DNA of 64,000 nucleotides from Leucoraja ocellata (lineage: Eukaryota). Positions 13,638 to 27,523 of the stretch are shown piece after piece. The stretch covers positions 1,054,001 through 1,118,000 of the forward strand of contig JAWMAR010000462.1 in the NCBI GenBank assembly GCA_036785375.1. Direction: 5' to 3'. The notes under the pieces were generated by a model, which was given only the letters and a program-made list of their open reading frames with translations, did not search any database and was not told the origin of the DNA. The translations under genes were made by a program, and so were the position numbers. Position 1 is the first letter of the stretch. The number at the start of each line of letters is the position of its first letter.

Positions 13638-13758
13638 GGGGTGGAAGATTGCAACCTACACGTGGTCGTCCCCGTTTCGACTAATGCAATCAACTCGACG
13701 TGCACAAACGGAAGATCAAATAGAACAACTTGTCCAACCACACGCCACACGAAAGAAG
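13638..13758 (+). mobile_element. 121-bp retroposon with (GAA)n tail and 12-bp TSD
   Basis: AAGTACTTATTT at 13626-13637 and 13759-13770. Ends CACGCCACACGAAAGAAGAA. Family (possibly I/Vingi-like) is uncertain. Confidence 0.6.
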
Positions 13759-14584
13759 AAGTACTTATTTACTATATTGCCTATTTCTCTGCCGTGACCC
13801 AATGTGTTTCAATATGATGTAACCAGAAATTGCGCAGAGGCACAGAGTGAATGGTCCAAATCCTGCCCATTTCATCAAACTCAAATAGGTGGCCAAATGG
13901 TAAAAAGGCAAATACATTGCACCCAAGCATTGATTTCATCACATCAGGAATCAGAAAAGAGAGTATTTCTGAACACGACAAATTCTTAAAATTAAATATT
14001 TTATACTACAAAATAAAAATTCTTCAAACTGCATTCATCAAGCACAAGTACACAGCAAATGCTTTGTACAATTCACTGCTCTCCTGAAATTACATTAAAG
14101 CTGTGTAACACTGTAATAACCAGATCTCATTACTTAATAATGACTACAGTATTTTGTTGTTATGTTTCTTGGTTCATTATCAGTACAAAGTCTGCAAATG
14201 TCAGGAGGTGAGAAATGGCAGGAGATAGAAAACAGAGGCAATGGGAGGCTTAACATTTACTGTGCAATTCCGCTTGCTGAAGATCAGGATGAGGAAAGGA
14301 ATTGTGTTTTATTTCAGCTTCAGCATCGTCCCAGTTAATCCAGAATGGACGATAAAGATGATTTACCAGTGATGCTCAGAACACACCATTCCTCTCCATG
14401 AGGAAAATATAACAGCAATACAAACATATCATTGATTTATTGGAAGACATTAAATCAGCATGATGCTTTCCTCTCTGTAACTCTTCGACAAACACCATGA
14501 GCACAGGAGATGTACTCATCAAAGGCTGAGCTGAATTATGTTAAGTACCGGTAAGTTACTGTGAATTTGTTAATGATGTAAAGC

Positions 14585-14965
14585 GTGGAACCAGGCCCTT
14601 CAACCCAACTTCACCATACTGACCAAGATGCCCCATCCAAGCTAGTCCCATTTGCTCGTGTTTCGCTCATATCTCTCCAAAATCTTCGGATTCATATACC
14701 TGCCCATGTCTTTCAAATATTGTTATTGTACCTGCCTCGATTACATCTTCTGGCAGTTCGTTCCGTATGTCCATCACCTTCTGTGTGAAAAATGTGCTCC
14801 TCGGGTTCTTATTAAATCTTCCCCCTTTCACCTTAAACCTTTGCCCTCCCGTTCTCGATTCCCCTACTCTGGGACAATGACTCTCTGCATTCATCCTATC
14901 TATTTCCCTCATGATTTTATACACCTCCATAAGATCATCACTCAGCCTCATGCGCTCCAAGGAAT
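14585..14965 (-). mobile_element. CR1 LINE 3' fragment
   Basis: ERMRLSDDLMEVYKIMREIDR...FFTQKVMDIRNELPEDVIEAGT. Confidence 0.85.
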
Positions 14966-15221
14966 AAAGCGGTTATCTCATTCTAAAAGCTTGTCATGTC
15001 AGAACCAGTAAAAACGACACATTGAATTACATTTTAAAACCAAGACGTGTGATTATTCAAAATCCAGACTTGCCATCTGAGATGAAACTTAAATTGGAAT
15101 ATTCCCCCACTCCCCTCCCACACATTCATAAGGTGTTTTTAATCCTGTGATATGTTCTTCAGATGTCATCTCACATGCTGAGCATTACGAATCCACCTGA
15201 TGTTAAAGAGTAATTCCTTAT

Positions 15222-15585
15222 ATTACCGGAAGGATGTGTAGTCTCTGGAAAGGATTTGGAGGAGGTCAACTAGAATGCTGCCTGGATTCGGAAGTATTAG
15301 CTGCAGGGAGAGGTTGGACAACCTGGATTGTTTGCTCCGGAACACCAGAGGTTGCAGGGAGACTTGATGGAAGTACCATATATAAAATAATGAGAGGCAT
15401 AGATAGAGTAGACAGTCAGAACCTTTTTCCCAGGATGGAAAAATCAAATACCAGAAGGCACAGCTTTAAGGCGAGAGGGGCAAAGTTTAAATGAGATGTG
15501 CGGGCAGAGACACAATAGAGATTGTGGCGAGTGCCTGGGTCGCACTGTGAGGGGTGGTTGCTGAGGCAGACACGATAGTGCCTTT
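15222..15585 (+). mobile_element. CR1 LINE 3' fragment (decayed)
   Basis: YKIMRGIDRVDSQNLFPRMEKSNTRRHSFK. Confidence 0.8.
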
Positions 15586-15589
15586 GGAT

Positions 15590-16080
15590 AAGCTGACTCC
15601 CACAGTTATCTGAACTACATTTCCACCTACCCAGCCTCTTGCAAGGATGCTATTCCCTACTCTCAATTCCTTCGTCTCCACGTCTGCTACCATGATGACA
15701 CTTTCCATGCAAGGACATCCAAGGAATCCTTTTTCTTCGGGAAACATGTTTTTCCCCCTTCTGTGAAAGATGGATCCCTCACTGGCATCTCCTGTGTGCC
15801 GTAGTTCTGCTCTTCTCCTTCCCCGCAGAACAAGAATAGAGATCCTCATGTCATCACTTTTCACCCCACCAGCCTCCACATCCAAAACATCATCCTCCGA
15901 TGTTTCTATCACCTCCAATGTGATCCTACCACCAGTCACAACTTCCCATCTCCACTCCTTTCTGCTTTCCGCAGATACTGCTCCTTCCGCCACCCCTTGG
16001 CTCACTCATCCCTTCCCACCCAAACCACCTCGCCCCCAGGTAATCTCCCCTGCAACTGGAGCTGTAATACCTGGTCCATA
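15590..16080 (+). mobile_element. Penelope-like element RT C-terminal fragment
   Basis: Reads TDSHSYLNYISTYPASCKDAIPYSQFLRL, typical of the PLE RT C-terminal region. Confidence 0.75.
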
Positions 16081-18257
16081 TTAGGCAACTCAAAATTTGT
16101 GGATTAAGCCATTTGGCACCACTCTGCCCAATTTATCAGCATTCTATCCCGTGTACATAAGCACACTATCCTCATTGTCTACAATTTCACAAATCTTTGT
16201 GTCATCAGCAAAATCACTCACCAAACCACAGACATTCTCATCCAATTTATATTCAAGACAAACAGCAAAAATCCCACTACCAATTACTGCAGTACACCAC
16301 AGGTCATAGAATTCTAGTCACAAAAACAACCCCCTACCTGCCTCGTATAATCAAGCCAATTTTAGATTCAATTTACCAAACCATCTTGGATTCCAAGTGG
16401 ACTAACTTTTTTATCTAACTTTCCTCAAAAGTTACAGCACTTTCAGAATAATTCAGTTGAATTACGTCATAAATTTCTTTTGTGCATTCACTTTTAGACA
16501 TAATTTAAAGATATGCTTCGTTGCTTTAACTCTTCAAGCTTAATGCCCATTAATTCTTACATCTGTTAAACAAACTTGAATTTAAACTAGACTGAATGCA
16601 CTTGAATTTAAATAAATTCTCATCAAACTACTCAAATATTTCAACGCATTCTTGGGAAAAAAAAACATTTACAACTTCGGGAAGGCAAGAGTGCGAGAAA
16701 GACACCTGGATGCGTCCCCGATCTTCAGACAGTGCCATTGGATTTTCTTTATGTACGTGCATGAATGTATGAGCGACAGCAGTGCTTGGTACAGCAATGA
16801 TGTTTCAACCCTCAAAAAGGATTCAAAATGTATTCAGGTTTACTAATTCCCCAGATCTAATGACCACGTTATCAAACATCCACGTACTTGGGAAGGTTTT
16901 ATTTGACGTACAAAAATAATATTAAATTTGGTTTAAAATTAATACCACAAATGAACCTGATTTCCTCTTGCCATCAGATGATCTGGCCAATTACGTGTAA
17001 TGATCTTCTGCTATCGGATGCAGCAAAGATACACTGATGCCTGAATAACCCATACTTCACTTTTTAACGAGTATGATTCATGTTGATTGCATCAGTCGCT
17101 TTTCAAATAATATTAGCTTGAATATCCAAGCTGTATCATTCTCCCTGGAGACGAGCAACATTTTTGGCCAAGCACAACTTGTGGAAGCCGTTCTTAAGTT
17201 ATCACAGTGAAGAAAGATTTCATGATATACCATTTTAGTTTGTAATTAACACAAAAAAAACATCTTAATTAGATTTAGGAACAAATACATCAGAAGGATT
17301 TAACTGTGACAAATGTCTTTAATGAAATCAACTGCAGCATGATTTTTAAGTGTTTTGGGGGGGTTTAAAGATAACACCAGATATTAAAAGTCTCTCAAGG
17401 ACTGTACAAGTCAATTTAAAATGGATACGAGTAAGGTTTGTTTACTGGTCTGCACAATTAGGTTATCGTGCCCTCTATAACAAACTCCAGGAGGAGGCAC
17501 ATTTAACAATTGTTCATTACTGGGCTCTAATCAGAATGTAAGCATGGTGTAGAATTTAAATGTCAGCAGAATACACGTTGCCCAATTTGTGATCAGGTGA
17601 GTCTTGTTGCTTGCAACTAAAACTCCTCCTCATCTTTTCAACCAGGATTATGATCCAAACTAACATTTCAAAGGAGAATTTCTTGTTTTGACAGTTAAAA
17701 ATCACAAATGCAATTAGCCTGTAGCACGGTGCTAAAATGAGCTCCACATACAGATGCTTACAACAAATAGGGCGTCAGCATTACATAGAATGACTTGGCT
17801 TTTCAGCAAATGAACCGTATCTAATTAACCCAATTCTGTATATATAATTTAGATGCAATTACCATGACTAATTAACATGTTACCTTTAATAGCAGAACAA
17901 TTATATGACCCACAAGGTTCGAGTTTGGAGTCACTAATTTAAACATATGAAAAGCTGTTTACTGGGAGAACAGATGCTCTACCCTTCCACTGTTCCTAAT
18001 CCTCAAAGTGGTTTTATCACTCTCAGTGCCAACCTGAATGCTCCTTCACTACTTTGAAGAATCAGGACCCAGGCATCAATGAAGATGTTGCTATTTTTGA
18101 AGGAGACTCTTTGAACATCTTTCATTCTTTTCCTTCATCCACCATGTAATCTCTTACCAAAAAGAGCTTGGAACTGAGTGTTTTATTCAGCAATCTGTGG
18201 TTGTGCATTGGAATGTCAATTATGCCAGTTATACCAGTGGATACAGAGGATGCTTAA

Positions 18258-18650
18258 GAAAGAACTGCAGAAACTGGAAAAATCGAAGGTGGACAAAAAT
18301 GCTGGAGAAACTCAGCGGGACAGGCAGCATCTATGGAGCGAAGGAATAGGTGACGTTTCAGGTCGAGACCCTTCTTCAGACTGATGTGGGGGTGGGGGGG
18401 GGGGGGCAGGAAGAAGAAAGGAAGAGGTGGAGACAGTAGGCTGTGGGAGAGCTGGGAAGGGATGGGGAAGGAGGGAGAAAGCAAGGACTACCTGAAATTG
18501 GAGGTCAATGTTCATACCGCTGGGGTGTAAACTACCCAAGCGAAATATGAGGTGCTGCTCCTCCAATTTGCGGTGGGACTCACTCTGGCCATGGAGGAGG
18601 CCCAGGACAGAAATGCCAGATTCGGAATGGGAGGGGGAGTTGAAGTGCTG
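18258..18650 (-). mobile_element. Penelope-like element 3' end with hammerhead-like motif
   Basis: EEQHLIFRLGSLHPSGMNID. CTGAAGAAGGGTCTCGACCTGAAACGTC at 18352-18379 on the minus strand. Confidence 0.85.
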
Positions 18651-18654
18651 AGGA

Positions 18655-19480
18655 TGCTGTGCAGTGGTGGTCTCTTTCCAGTGCTGAGATGTCTACTGTT
18701 GATAATCCATGACTCAGAATGGTACAGAAGTGCTGTTTGGTAAACCACTGAGTTGGGTTTGAAGTCGTGACCTTTCAAACACTCTTTACCCTATAATGAC
18801 CAAAAATCTGTCCTGGTGCATTGAAGGTGATGATGAACTTCATTATCGCCATCAGTTTTCGTTGAGCAGTGGCTCTCGAGTTATGGGAGGTGGTCAGTAT
18901 TTTCCAGTGCATCATCGTGGACTTTCATTGTCAGAAGGCAATGTTAACAGTGAGGGCAAGTTGATACGAGGTTTGCTGATGTTGAGTGTCAGGCCCCTCC
19001 TTTCATACATTTTGGTGAGTGAGCCAGGTCTTAATGCAGCTTGACTACTAAGAGTGGGGTAACCATGGTTTTGAGTGGAAGTAGCATAGCTTGAACAGTT
19101 TCCCATTTGCCCTGCAGGTTAATTGCACTCCAGCTGGAAGCCTGTTGCATGTGTGAAGGACTGAAACATTGTGGTGCCAATGATATGGCCTTGCTTAACT
19201 CCAGTCTAAGATTCATGACAACATGCAAGGTGGCCCAAGGTTATTTTAGGACACTTTCAATGATCAAATCCATGTTCAATCTGTTTACTAAATTAGATAA
19301 GGACTTTTTATTTTTTATTCATTCAATTTTGTTTCTCAAACACAATATTCAGAATTTGAAATTTATCCACCACTTTCCTTTGCCTAAAACCAATGATCTT
19401 ATTCAGTTTCCTTACTACTTAGCATGCCGCCGATTTGATTGGTACAATGCAGTAAAATTGGATGCAATTACACTTTGGAA
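18655..19480 (-). mobile_element. Decayed RTE-clade LINE RT fragment
   Basis: Fragments GVKQGHIIGTTMF, YERRGLTLNISKP and VVYQTALLYHSESW. Confidence 0.65.
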
Positions 19481-21125
19481 TGAACTGAACCTTTAGTGTT
19501 TATCTGCTCAAACTCTTTTCATCACAATAGGAACATCTTGGCTTCTGTGCTACACTCGCCTGTATTTCAATATCTGGCAATGTGGGTTCAAGCTCAAATC
19601 AGGACCCGAGCATATAATCTCATGTCAGTGCAGAACAATAATTAGAGAAAGCTGTATTAACAAAATATGTCATCTGTTGGCGGAGAACGAAGCCATCTGC
19701 GTATTCTGGTGGATATAAAAGATAGTATGAAACAATTTGGAGTCGAACAGGGAAACCACCCTGGCCAACAGTAATCCTCCATCAAGGGCCAAAAATACAT
19801 GCTTAGATCATTTTCCTTATCATCATTAATGAGGCCCTACTTTGTGTAAATCAGCTGTCGGCATTGTCAACAATGAAAGTTCTTTACTTGCACAAGATGT
19901 TCCTTGGTGCTTCCAATTAACATATACTCTCACCCATCTGGCATCCAAGGAGCATGAAGAGGCCGGTCGCATTAATAGGCAGGTTATAAAAGAAATTTCC
20001 TAAAATTAACATTACTGCACATCACGCACTAGTGTGCTAAGCCAAAATCTTCTAATTAATTGTCAAACTATTAGATCATCTTCTTACTCTTTTAGATTAC
20101 AATGTTGAATGTCTATATTTTAAGGCCAACTAATCAGTATGTGTAAAACAGAAAAATAAATCAAACGAATGACTGTTCTTACTATCATATGAAGTGCTAA
20201 AACATCCTTTGGATGTTGCCGCTAATCAGCTTATAACCACACCGCTCTTATTTATTAACATAAATTAACTAAAAATTATTTTCATTTTGAATAACACTAA
20301 AAATAAAATTCACTGTTTTGAGTTTATTTTTGTATTCCTCAATGTTTACTGGGGACATGAGATTCTCGATGCATAGTCACATACTGCATGTTTTAACCAG
20401 AGGAATTATTTATCCCGGCCACAATTAATCTCCTTAACTATGTACATTGAGATAAAGACATTTACAGCAAACTGTTCAGAATATTTTGAACATGTATGTT
20501 ATAAAATGCCAAGATTATTTATGAGGCTCATTTGATTTCATGTTCAGTCATTCTTCTTTGTCAGTCTTGGAAATTATTGGATTATTCCATCGAGAGCAAT
20601 GTGTGTGGAGTAGATATTTCATGCTTCTCTCTGCCCTGAACCAAGACTGTTCTCGTTAGAACAGGGAAAATAGAAAAGATTAAATAGTGATAAACTGCAT
20701 CCACTGATGGAAAGGGGATATATGTAAGGTGACTGACATATGGAATAAAATTGAGATGATCAGAACTTTGCGGAAAAATATTAAGTTACTTCAAATTTGG
20801 ACTACGCTACCTGACAATAGACAATGGGTGCAGGAGTAGGCCATTCGGCCCTTTGAGTCAGCACCGCCATTTAATGTGATCATGGCTGATCATCCGCAAT
20901 CAGTACCCCACTCCTGCCTTCTCCTGAAGGGATGTTGAACGCAGATTCAGAAAGTAAATTTCAAAAGACAACTGGTTACGAGGACCACAAATGGACAAGG
21001 GGAAATAGATGTATGTGTATCACGAAATAAGACGAACCTTTCAAACAATCAGCAGAAGTACATTAGGCCAAGTGGCAGCCTCCACTGCTCTAAGATTCTA
21101 TGATGTGGGTGTGAAGTTTTCTCAC

Positions 21126-21234
21126 CTTTCTGGAGATTTCTAGGTGTCTTGACGCAAAATGTAGCCCTTGCTCATGGCTCCCAAGTGATACGTAGGCATT
21201 TCCCAGACTCCAACACGCTCTTCCTTCGCCAACT
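21126..21234 (-). CDS. GPSM1: GPSM1 exon 8, 109 bp
   Basis: Encodes VGEGRACWSLGNAYVSLGSHEQGLHFASRHLEISRK. acAG acceptor, GTGAG donor, phase 2 to 0. Confidence 0.95.
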
Positions 21235-21795
21235 CTGTCCAAAAACCAAAAAGAACACCTGATAGCTCCGTTTCTTGTGCCCTATCGTACAACTGAAAAT
21301 GAGTTTAGAATATTTTTCTTTCATCGGTTGTCAAACATATTTCTGTTATCTCTTTTCTATACTATAAAGTAGTTTAGTAGGATGGTGCCCATCCTTTACT
21401 GCATAACGAAATTCATGAATTTGGAGACATTGGAGACCATACAACCAGCTATAATGTGAAGTGTGAAACTACATAAATTCTCATCTGGTGTTTGTTTATA
21501 TAGTCAGAGTGTCATCTGCACCATAATATATTGGATTCTCATAACAGATCTTCTAACAAAGATAACAGATTTTCTTATAAAGATAACAAGGCCAGACAGA
21601 CCGAAGATGGTAAAATAATCATGAAAGGGATGAAGGTTCTTTGGGAAAGTTGCCAACACACTGTAGCCAAATAAACTTCAACCCAGAACATCAGATGGAC
21701 AAATTGCACATATGAAGAAAAATACAGGATTGCATTTGTTTTGAGAGGTCACATTTCTTAAACACTGCAGAAAGGTCCAAAGACATTCTGATGTA

Positions 21796-22050
21796 CAGTG
21801 CCTTCCATAATGTTTGGGCCAAAGACCCATCATTTATTTATTTGCCTCTGTACTCCACAATTTGAGATTTGTAATAGAAACAAATCTCATGTGGTTAAAT
21901 AGCACATTGTCAGATTTTAACAAAGGCCATTTTTATACATTTTAATTTCACCATGTCGAAATTACAGCAGCATTTATACATAGTCCCCCCCCATTTCAGG
22001 GCAACATCATGTTTGGGACACATGGCTTCACAGGTGTTTGTAATTGCTCA
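21796..22050. mobile_element. Tc1-like transposon terminal inverted repeat, solo left-facing end
   Basis: TA|CAGTGCCTTCCATAATGTTTGGG with internal direct repeat ATGTTTGGGACA. Reverse complement of 9309-9542. Confidence 0.8.
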
Positions 22051-23294
22051 GTATGCAAGGAGAGGTACAGGGATGGACATGCAGGTAGAGGACATTGGTA
22101 TAACTTGACATCATGTTCGCCAAGGACATTGGCATTGTGGGCCAAAAGATCACTTCCTCTGTTGTACAGCGCATCAACTCAATTTAATTGCCTTTGCTTC
22201 ATATCCTTCTTAAATTTTTTGCCAAAAAAGATATAACATGCCTTGAAAATTGTAATTGATTTATCATCTACAGCTATTGGGGGATGACTTCCCAATTTTT
22301 ACTGTCCCTTGGAATAAAACAAAAACTTCAAAATGTACCTCCATAATGATCGTACCTTAGTTTTAAGATTCCTTTCACTTGAAGGAATTGTTCCTTTACA
22401 CTGAGCTTACCAAATACTTCCAAAACTGCAAACACTTTGATTAGTTTATAGAGCAACATTTTTCTAAACTTAATAGAGCATGAAAAAAACAACATACAAC
22501 ATCTGTTCCATTCCTGGGTCAGGTAAAACCAGTAAGTTTTTTCCCCAACAGCAGCCGCCCCCTAGAAGTACAGAATCAAGATCTCCCTGCTGTATACCCC
22601 TCTAAATGAGTATATAGTCACCAAAGCAACCAAAGATGTATAGGGATATGCTTTATTCCTCTGAACTGAAATAGATGTTATTTTGCAGGTAAAATGAAAT
22701 ATTAATTGCTCCTTTTATGCTGAGCTTAAAATTCAACACATAAATGAAATATGATGAATTTCAATCGTTACTTTCAAAGCCAAGATAGAAATAATTATTC
22801 TCCGAAGTTAAAAGCCCGCTCACCATTGTTCCTACTATAGTGAAAACTGATAAAAGACCATATATTTACTTTCATGGGATTTTACCATTGTTGTTTACAA
22901 ACCATTGCAATGCATTTCTATTAATTATGAGACAATAGCTTTAGGCATGAAGCAAGGAAACGCCTGTATGGAGGCCTTTAGGAATTGTAGGTCAAAGTCA
23001 CCCAATCCCTCGAAGCAGACTACATTAATGCATGCCATGTTCCAAATTACTAATATACTGTAACCCACACCAACTGAATGAATCAATGCTAATTGGTTCT
23101 AACATCATCCTCAGGAAGCTGATGCACACGATGACCACATGTTCAATTAGATATTATTTCTATCAAAAACAGGAAGGCAAAAAGTAAAAGCTGGTATCAG
23201 TAAAACCGCACGAGGAAAATCAAACAAATACCAACATGAATTAACATATACCGGTACGACAATTTTTTAATAATCATTGTAATCAAACTTGTAC

Positions 23295-23450
23295 CTATCA
23301 TTCAGTTCCTGAGCAATGGAAAGATGTTTGAGATGGTAGTCAATAGCTTTCTCATAATCCTCCAGCAGAGTATGTGTGTTGCCCAGGCTATAACAAGCTT
23401 GAGCTTCAACTGCCTGGTCCTTCAGCTGTCTTGACATATGAAGAGTTTTT
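23295..23450 (-). CDS. GPSM1: GPSM1 exon 7, 156 bp
   Basis: Encodes KTLHMSRQLKDQAVEAQACYSLGNTHTLLEDYEKAIDYHLKHLSIAQELND(R). ccacAG acceptor, GTAC donor, phase 2 to 2. Confidence 0.95.
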
Positions 23451-24792
23451 CTGTGGAGATTAAAGCAAAAAGTCCATTGACACAGTGAATCAAACTGATT
23501 CCTAATAGGTAAATGCAATATCACAAAGTAAGCATTACTTACATCATTTAGACAGTTTGGATATCCTAACACCATCACAAAAATTTTACAACACTCCAGT
23601 TGTTACTTTACTAGCCTTTATGGAGAAGCAATAAAATTACCGAACCACTTTCCAAAATTAGAAAGGATTCCATGACATGTGCTCTGTCAATACATCCAAA
23701 GGTTGATTACGTGTTTGTTAGAACTTGGTGCAGTATACTAGCCGATGAGTTTCCTACAGCATGACTAAAATTGTACAATGGTTGTACAGTGCTTTGGAGC
23801 AGGCTTTTGCAAGAGCAAATGAAATTGCTTTACAAGTACATGCATTCTTTTACTATTTTAATTGGCAGTAGATGAAAAATGAGGAGGAACAAGATCACAA
23901 TCATGCCACATCTGAAGTTAAGATGGTGGGGATAGGATGCCGGGGTTGAGCTGAGAAATGCGAATAAAAATTGGAAAACAGCCTTCTGGAGAGAGAGGCA
24001 GATTCTATCCCAGCGTTTTTACAATGAAAAAGTCAAAAGCCCGAAATGAAAAATGCTCATACTTAAAAGGGGAAAAAATGTCTCCACCATAAACAAATTT
24101 TCAGATTTTAAGGGACAGCAGTAAGCCGAGTACCAGTAAAACAGCCCCTCACAACCTGCAACTTTCCGTGTTTGCGCAGCTGCCAGGTATTTCTGCAGGC
24201 AAGTTTCAAGACTTAGAACTTCAAGGCTAAGCTGTACTTATCACAAAATGTTGCACAGTTAATCAGAAAACATAAGAAAGCTTTTTAACCAAGGAACAAA
24301 ACACAAAATGCTGGAGGAACTCCGCAGGTCAGATAGCATCTGAGGAGGAAATGGACAGCAATGTTTTGGGTCGGGACTCTTCTTCAGACTCCTTTCCCCC
24401 CTCCACTGATGCAGCCTGACCCGCTGAGTTCCTCCAGCACTTTGTGTTTTGCTCAAGATTCTAGCATCTGCAATCTGAAATTCCTTGTGTTTTTTCTTTG
24501 CCCAGGATACGGCTTTGCAAAATTACAATTCAGTTCACTGCCATAAACAGCAATATGCAATGAACATGACATCGAAATCTATTAAAATGGGAGCAAAGAG
24601 AATCCACTGTGAAATGTAAATAGTGAAGAACTAGTGAAGAACTAGAGATGAAGTCTTTCCGAACATCGACAGAACACACTGGATTTTCATTCCTTCTTTA
24701 AGACTTCCTATGACTAATTACAATTCAATGTGCATCCAGAGATTTAAGAAGATAATCTAACCCAGCAGTCCCAATGCAACATGTAATAACAA

Positions 24793-25950
24793 TGAACTAC
24801 AGATGCTGGTTTATACCAAAGGTAAACACAAAATGCTGGCGTAACTCAGCGGGTCATGCAGCATCACTCAAGAACTAGCATAGGCGACGATTCAGCTCAG
24901 AACCCTTCTTCACACTGATTGTAGGGGGACTGGAAAGAAAGTTGGGAGAAGGGGCAGGACACAGCAGCGCCAGTAATAGGCAAACACAGGCGAGGGAGTT
25001 GATAGGCAGATTGTTGGACAAAGACCAGAGATGAAGAGGCAGGTGTGAGCCTGAAAGGAGCCAGAGGCCTGCAAATTATTAAGCTCAGGGATTGAAATGT
25101 AGTGAATTGTGCATCCATTGTGAAAGGTGCTAGCAGATGGGGAGTGGGGAAGTCGGTGTGAGGTCAGACAGATTTCAGTGAGGGGGAAGGAGGTTGTTGT
25201 GGGTTAGTTATTTAAAATTGGAAAATTCAATGCTCATACCATTGGGTTGTAAACTACCCAAGCAGAATATGAGGTGTTGTTTCTCCAGTTTGTGTATGGC
25301 TTCATTCTGCCAATGGAGGTGGCCCAGGACAGAAAGGTCAGTATGGGAGTGGGAAGGGAAATTAAAATGGTTACCAGCCAGGAGATCCAGTAGCCTTGGC
25401 AGACTGAGCGCAAGTGTTTGGCAAATCATTCGTCGAGTCAACGTTTGGTCTCGCCGATGTACAGAAGCACTTATGAGGAACAGGGAATGCTGCAGATGAG
25501 GTTTGAGATGGTGCATGTGACCCTCCTCTGTCTGACATGGAAGGACTGCTAGGATCCCTTGATGGAGGCAAGGAAGAAGGGACAGGTGTAACATCTCCTT
25601 TGGTTGCAGGGGAAAGTGCCTGAGGAGAGGGTGGTTTGGGTGGGGATGAGTGAACCAAGGAGTTGTGGAGGAATCAGTCTCTGCACAAGGTAGAAATGGG
25701 TGGAGATGGAAAATTGCGACTAGTGGTGGGATCGCGTTGGAGATGACAGAAATGTCAGATGATGAAGTGTTGGATGCGGAGGCTGATAAGAGTGAAAGGC
25801 AAGGACCAGAGGAACTCGATCTTTGTTGTGACTGGGAGGAGAGGGAGTGAGAGCAGAACTAAGGGCCACAGAAAAGATGTGGGTGAGGGATCCATCTATG
25901 ACAGGTGGGGGGGGGGAACCATGTTCACTGAAAACAAAGACATCTTGGAT
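24793..25950 (-). mobile_element. Penelope-like element fragment (RT C-terminus, GIY-YIG, 3' repeat)
   Basis: HNKDRVPLVLAFH, and HFNFPSHSHTDLSVLGHLHWQNEAIHKLEKQHLIFCLGSLQPNGMSIEFSNFK. Confidence 0.8.
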
Positions 25951-26373
25951 CAAGTTTCTATTCAATCTTGCCCACAGAGTTATTCTAGCACTTTGTGTCC
26001 TTGCATCTGCATTTCCTCGATTCTCCATTTCTCTTTTGTTTTTTTGTTTATTTCTTTTTCCAATCTTCTCTTGTTCCCAAAAGCATCATGAATCACTGTG
26101 AGCAGAAAGCAGTCATTTGAGTCCCAGGCATGTGACTCTTTAAAGCCACTCTCACCATGCTTTGAACTTTGATGTGTTTTCCCAGGCTACCCTTCCGTTT
26201 GGCTCTACACCTGGGAGCCAAAATAGTCAGTCCCAGCAAGTATTCAAATCCTTGATTGATGTTCCCATTCTTTATTTATGGGCACTGAAGTCAAATGCAC
26301 AGCTGCTTTGGTGCTCCAGCTGATACTGGCCATATCTGGGAAACGCTGCCTTAAAAGGTCTGAAGAGAATTCA

Positions 26374-26475
26374 GTCTGAAGAAGGGTCTTAGCCCAAAAC
26401 GCCACCCATTCCTTCTCTCCAGCGTTGCTGCCTGTCCCGCTGAGTTACTCCAGCATTCTGTGTCTACCTTCTTCT
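26374..26475 (+). mobile_element. 102-bp PLE-derived short element with 13-bp TSD
   Basis: TGAAGAGAATTCA (26361-26373) versus TGAAGACAATTCA (26476-26488). Starts GTCTGAAGAAGGG. Confidence 0.75.
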
Positions 26476-27407
26476 TGAAGACAATTCAATACTTATTGTA
26501 ATGGAATTGGATGTGTTTTTATGAAGAGGGGGGAAAAAAAACACACTGCAGTCCTTAAGGAAAAGTGCAAGGGAATTAGATTAATTGGATAAGCAATTTT
26601 AGTACATTCCAGATTTTAAGTGTATTATGACACTGGACAAAAAAAAGTTTCGAAGAATTAAAAACATGTAATGTTATATGACAAAACAAAAAATTGTCAT
26701 TATTAGCGATAAGGTGTGGTCTTTCAGAAATTGTGCAACAGAAATAAAGTGGAGTTCAGGATGTGGCTGTTTCTTCAACAAGTTCCATGCAATTTAGGAG
26801 AATTTTATTTCTAAGTACATAATCTCATGTATCTTTATCTGGACTTGACCCTGAGCCATAAAGCTAGCGTGCGACTTTGTCTAACTGATCATCACAGAAG
26901 CAGGAACTCATTTAACGGGCTTCTTTGTCAGTTGTGCTCTTTTGTGACGATAAGCAGCAGGACAGAATATCGGCACCTCTGTAGTGTTAAAAACTCGATC
27001 GATGTACAGCACCCAATAACCAAGTATGAACTGTTATATGTGTACTGTATATTTTTGTTTAGAAGTTTATGAGTATCATGAAATCAGTAACCATTCTAAA
27101 ATTGCCGCTGTTTATGTCTTACAGTAAAATGACAAGTCTTCAGATAAAAAGCAGCTTTTTCGCCAGAAGCAAAAAAAAACCTGAAAATTTAGCAATCCAA
27201 CAATTTAAAAACAATATCAGACAATTCTCATTAAACTGTACAAAGTCGGGAATGGGTACTTTCATAAAATATAGTATCTATGAAGTACGATGTGATTGAA
27301 TACTCTGTGAATTCATATCAGCATCAGTGAAGCCTAAACTGCACCTGCAAAACAAAATTAACAGTGCAATGTGCCATTCAATTTTGAACCAGAAAATAAA
27401 ACCTTAC

Positions 27408-27523
27408 TTGTAATATTCAGCAGCCACATCAAATTTCCCCAGGAATATGTGTGCGTTCCCCAGGTTGCTGTAGGCCCTTCTCTCAGCTGCTTTATCACCA
27501 AATTCTTTAGCTATTGAAAGACG
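27408..27523 (-). CDS. GPSM1: GPSM1 exon 6, 116 bp
   Basis: Encodes RLSIAKEFGDKAAERRAYSNLGNAHIFLGKFDVAAEYY(K). tttcAG acceptor, GTAAGG donor, phase 0 to 2. Confidence 0.95.
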
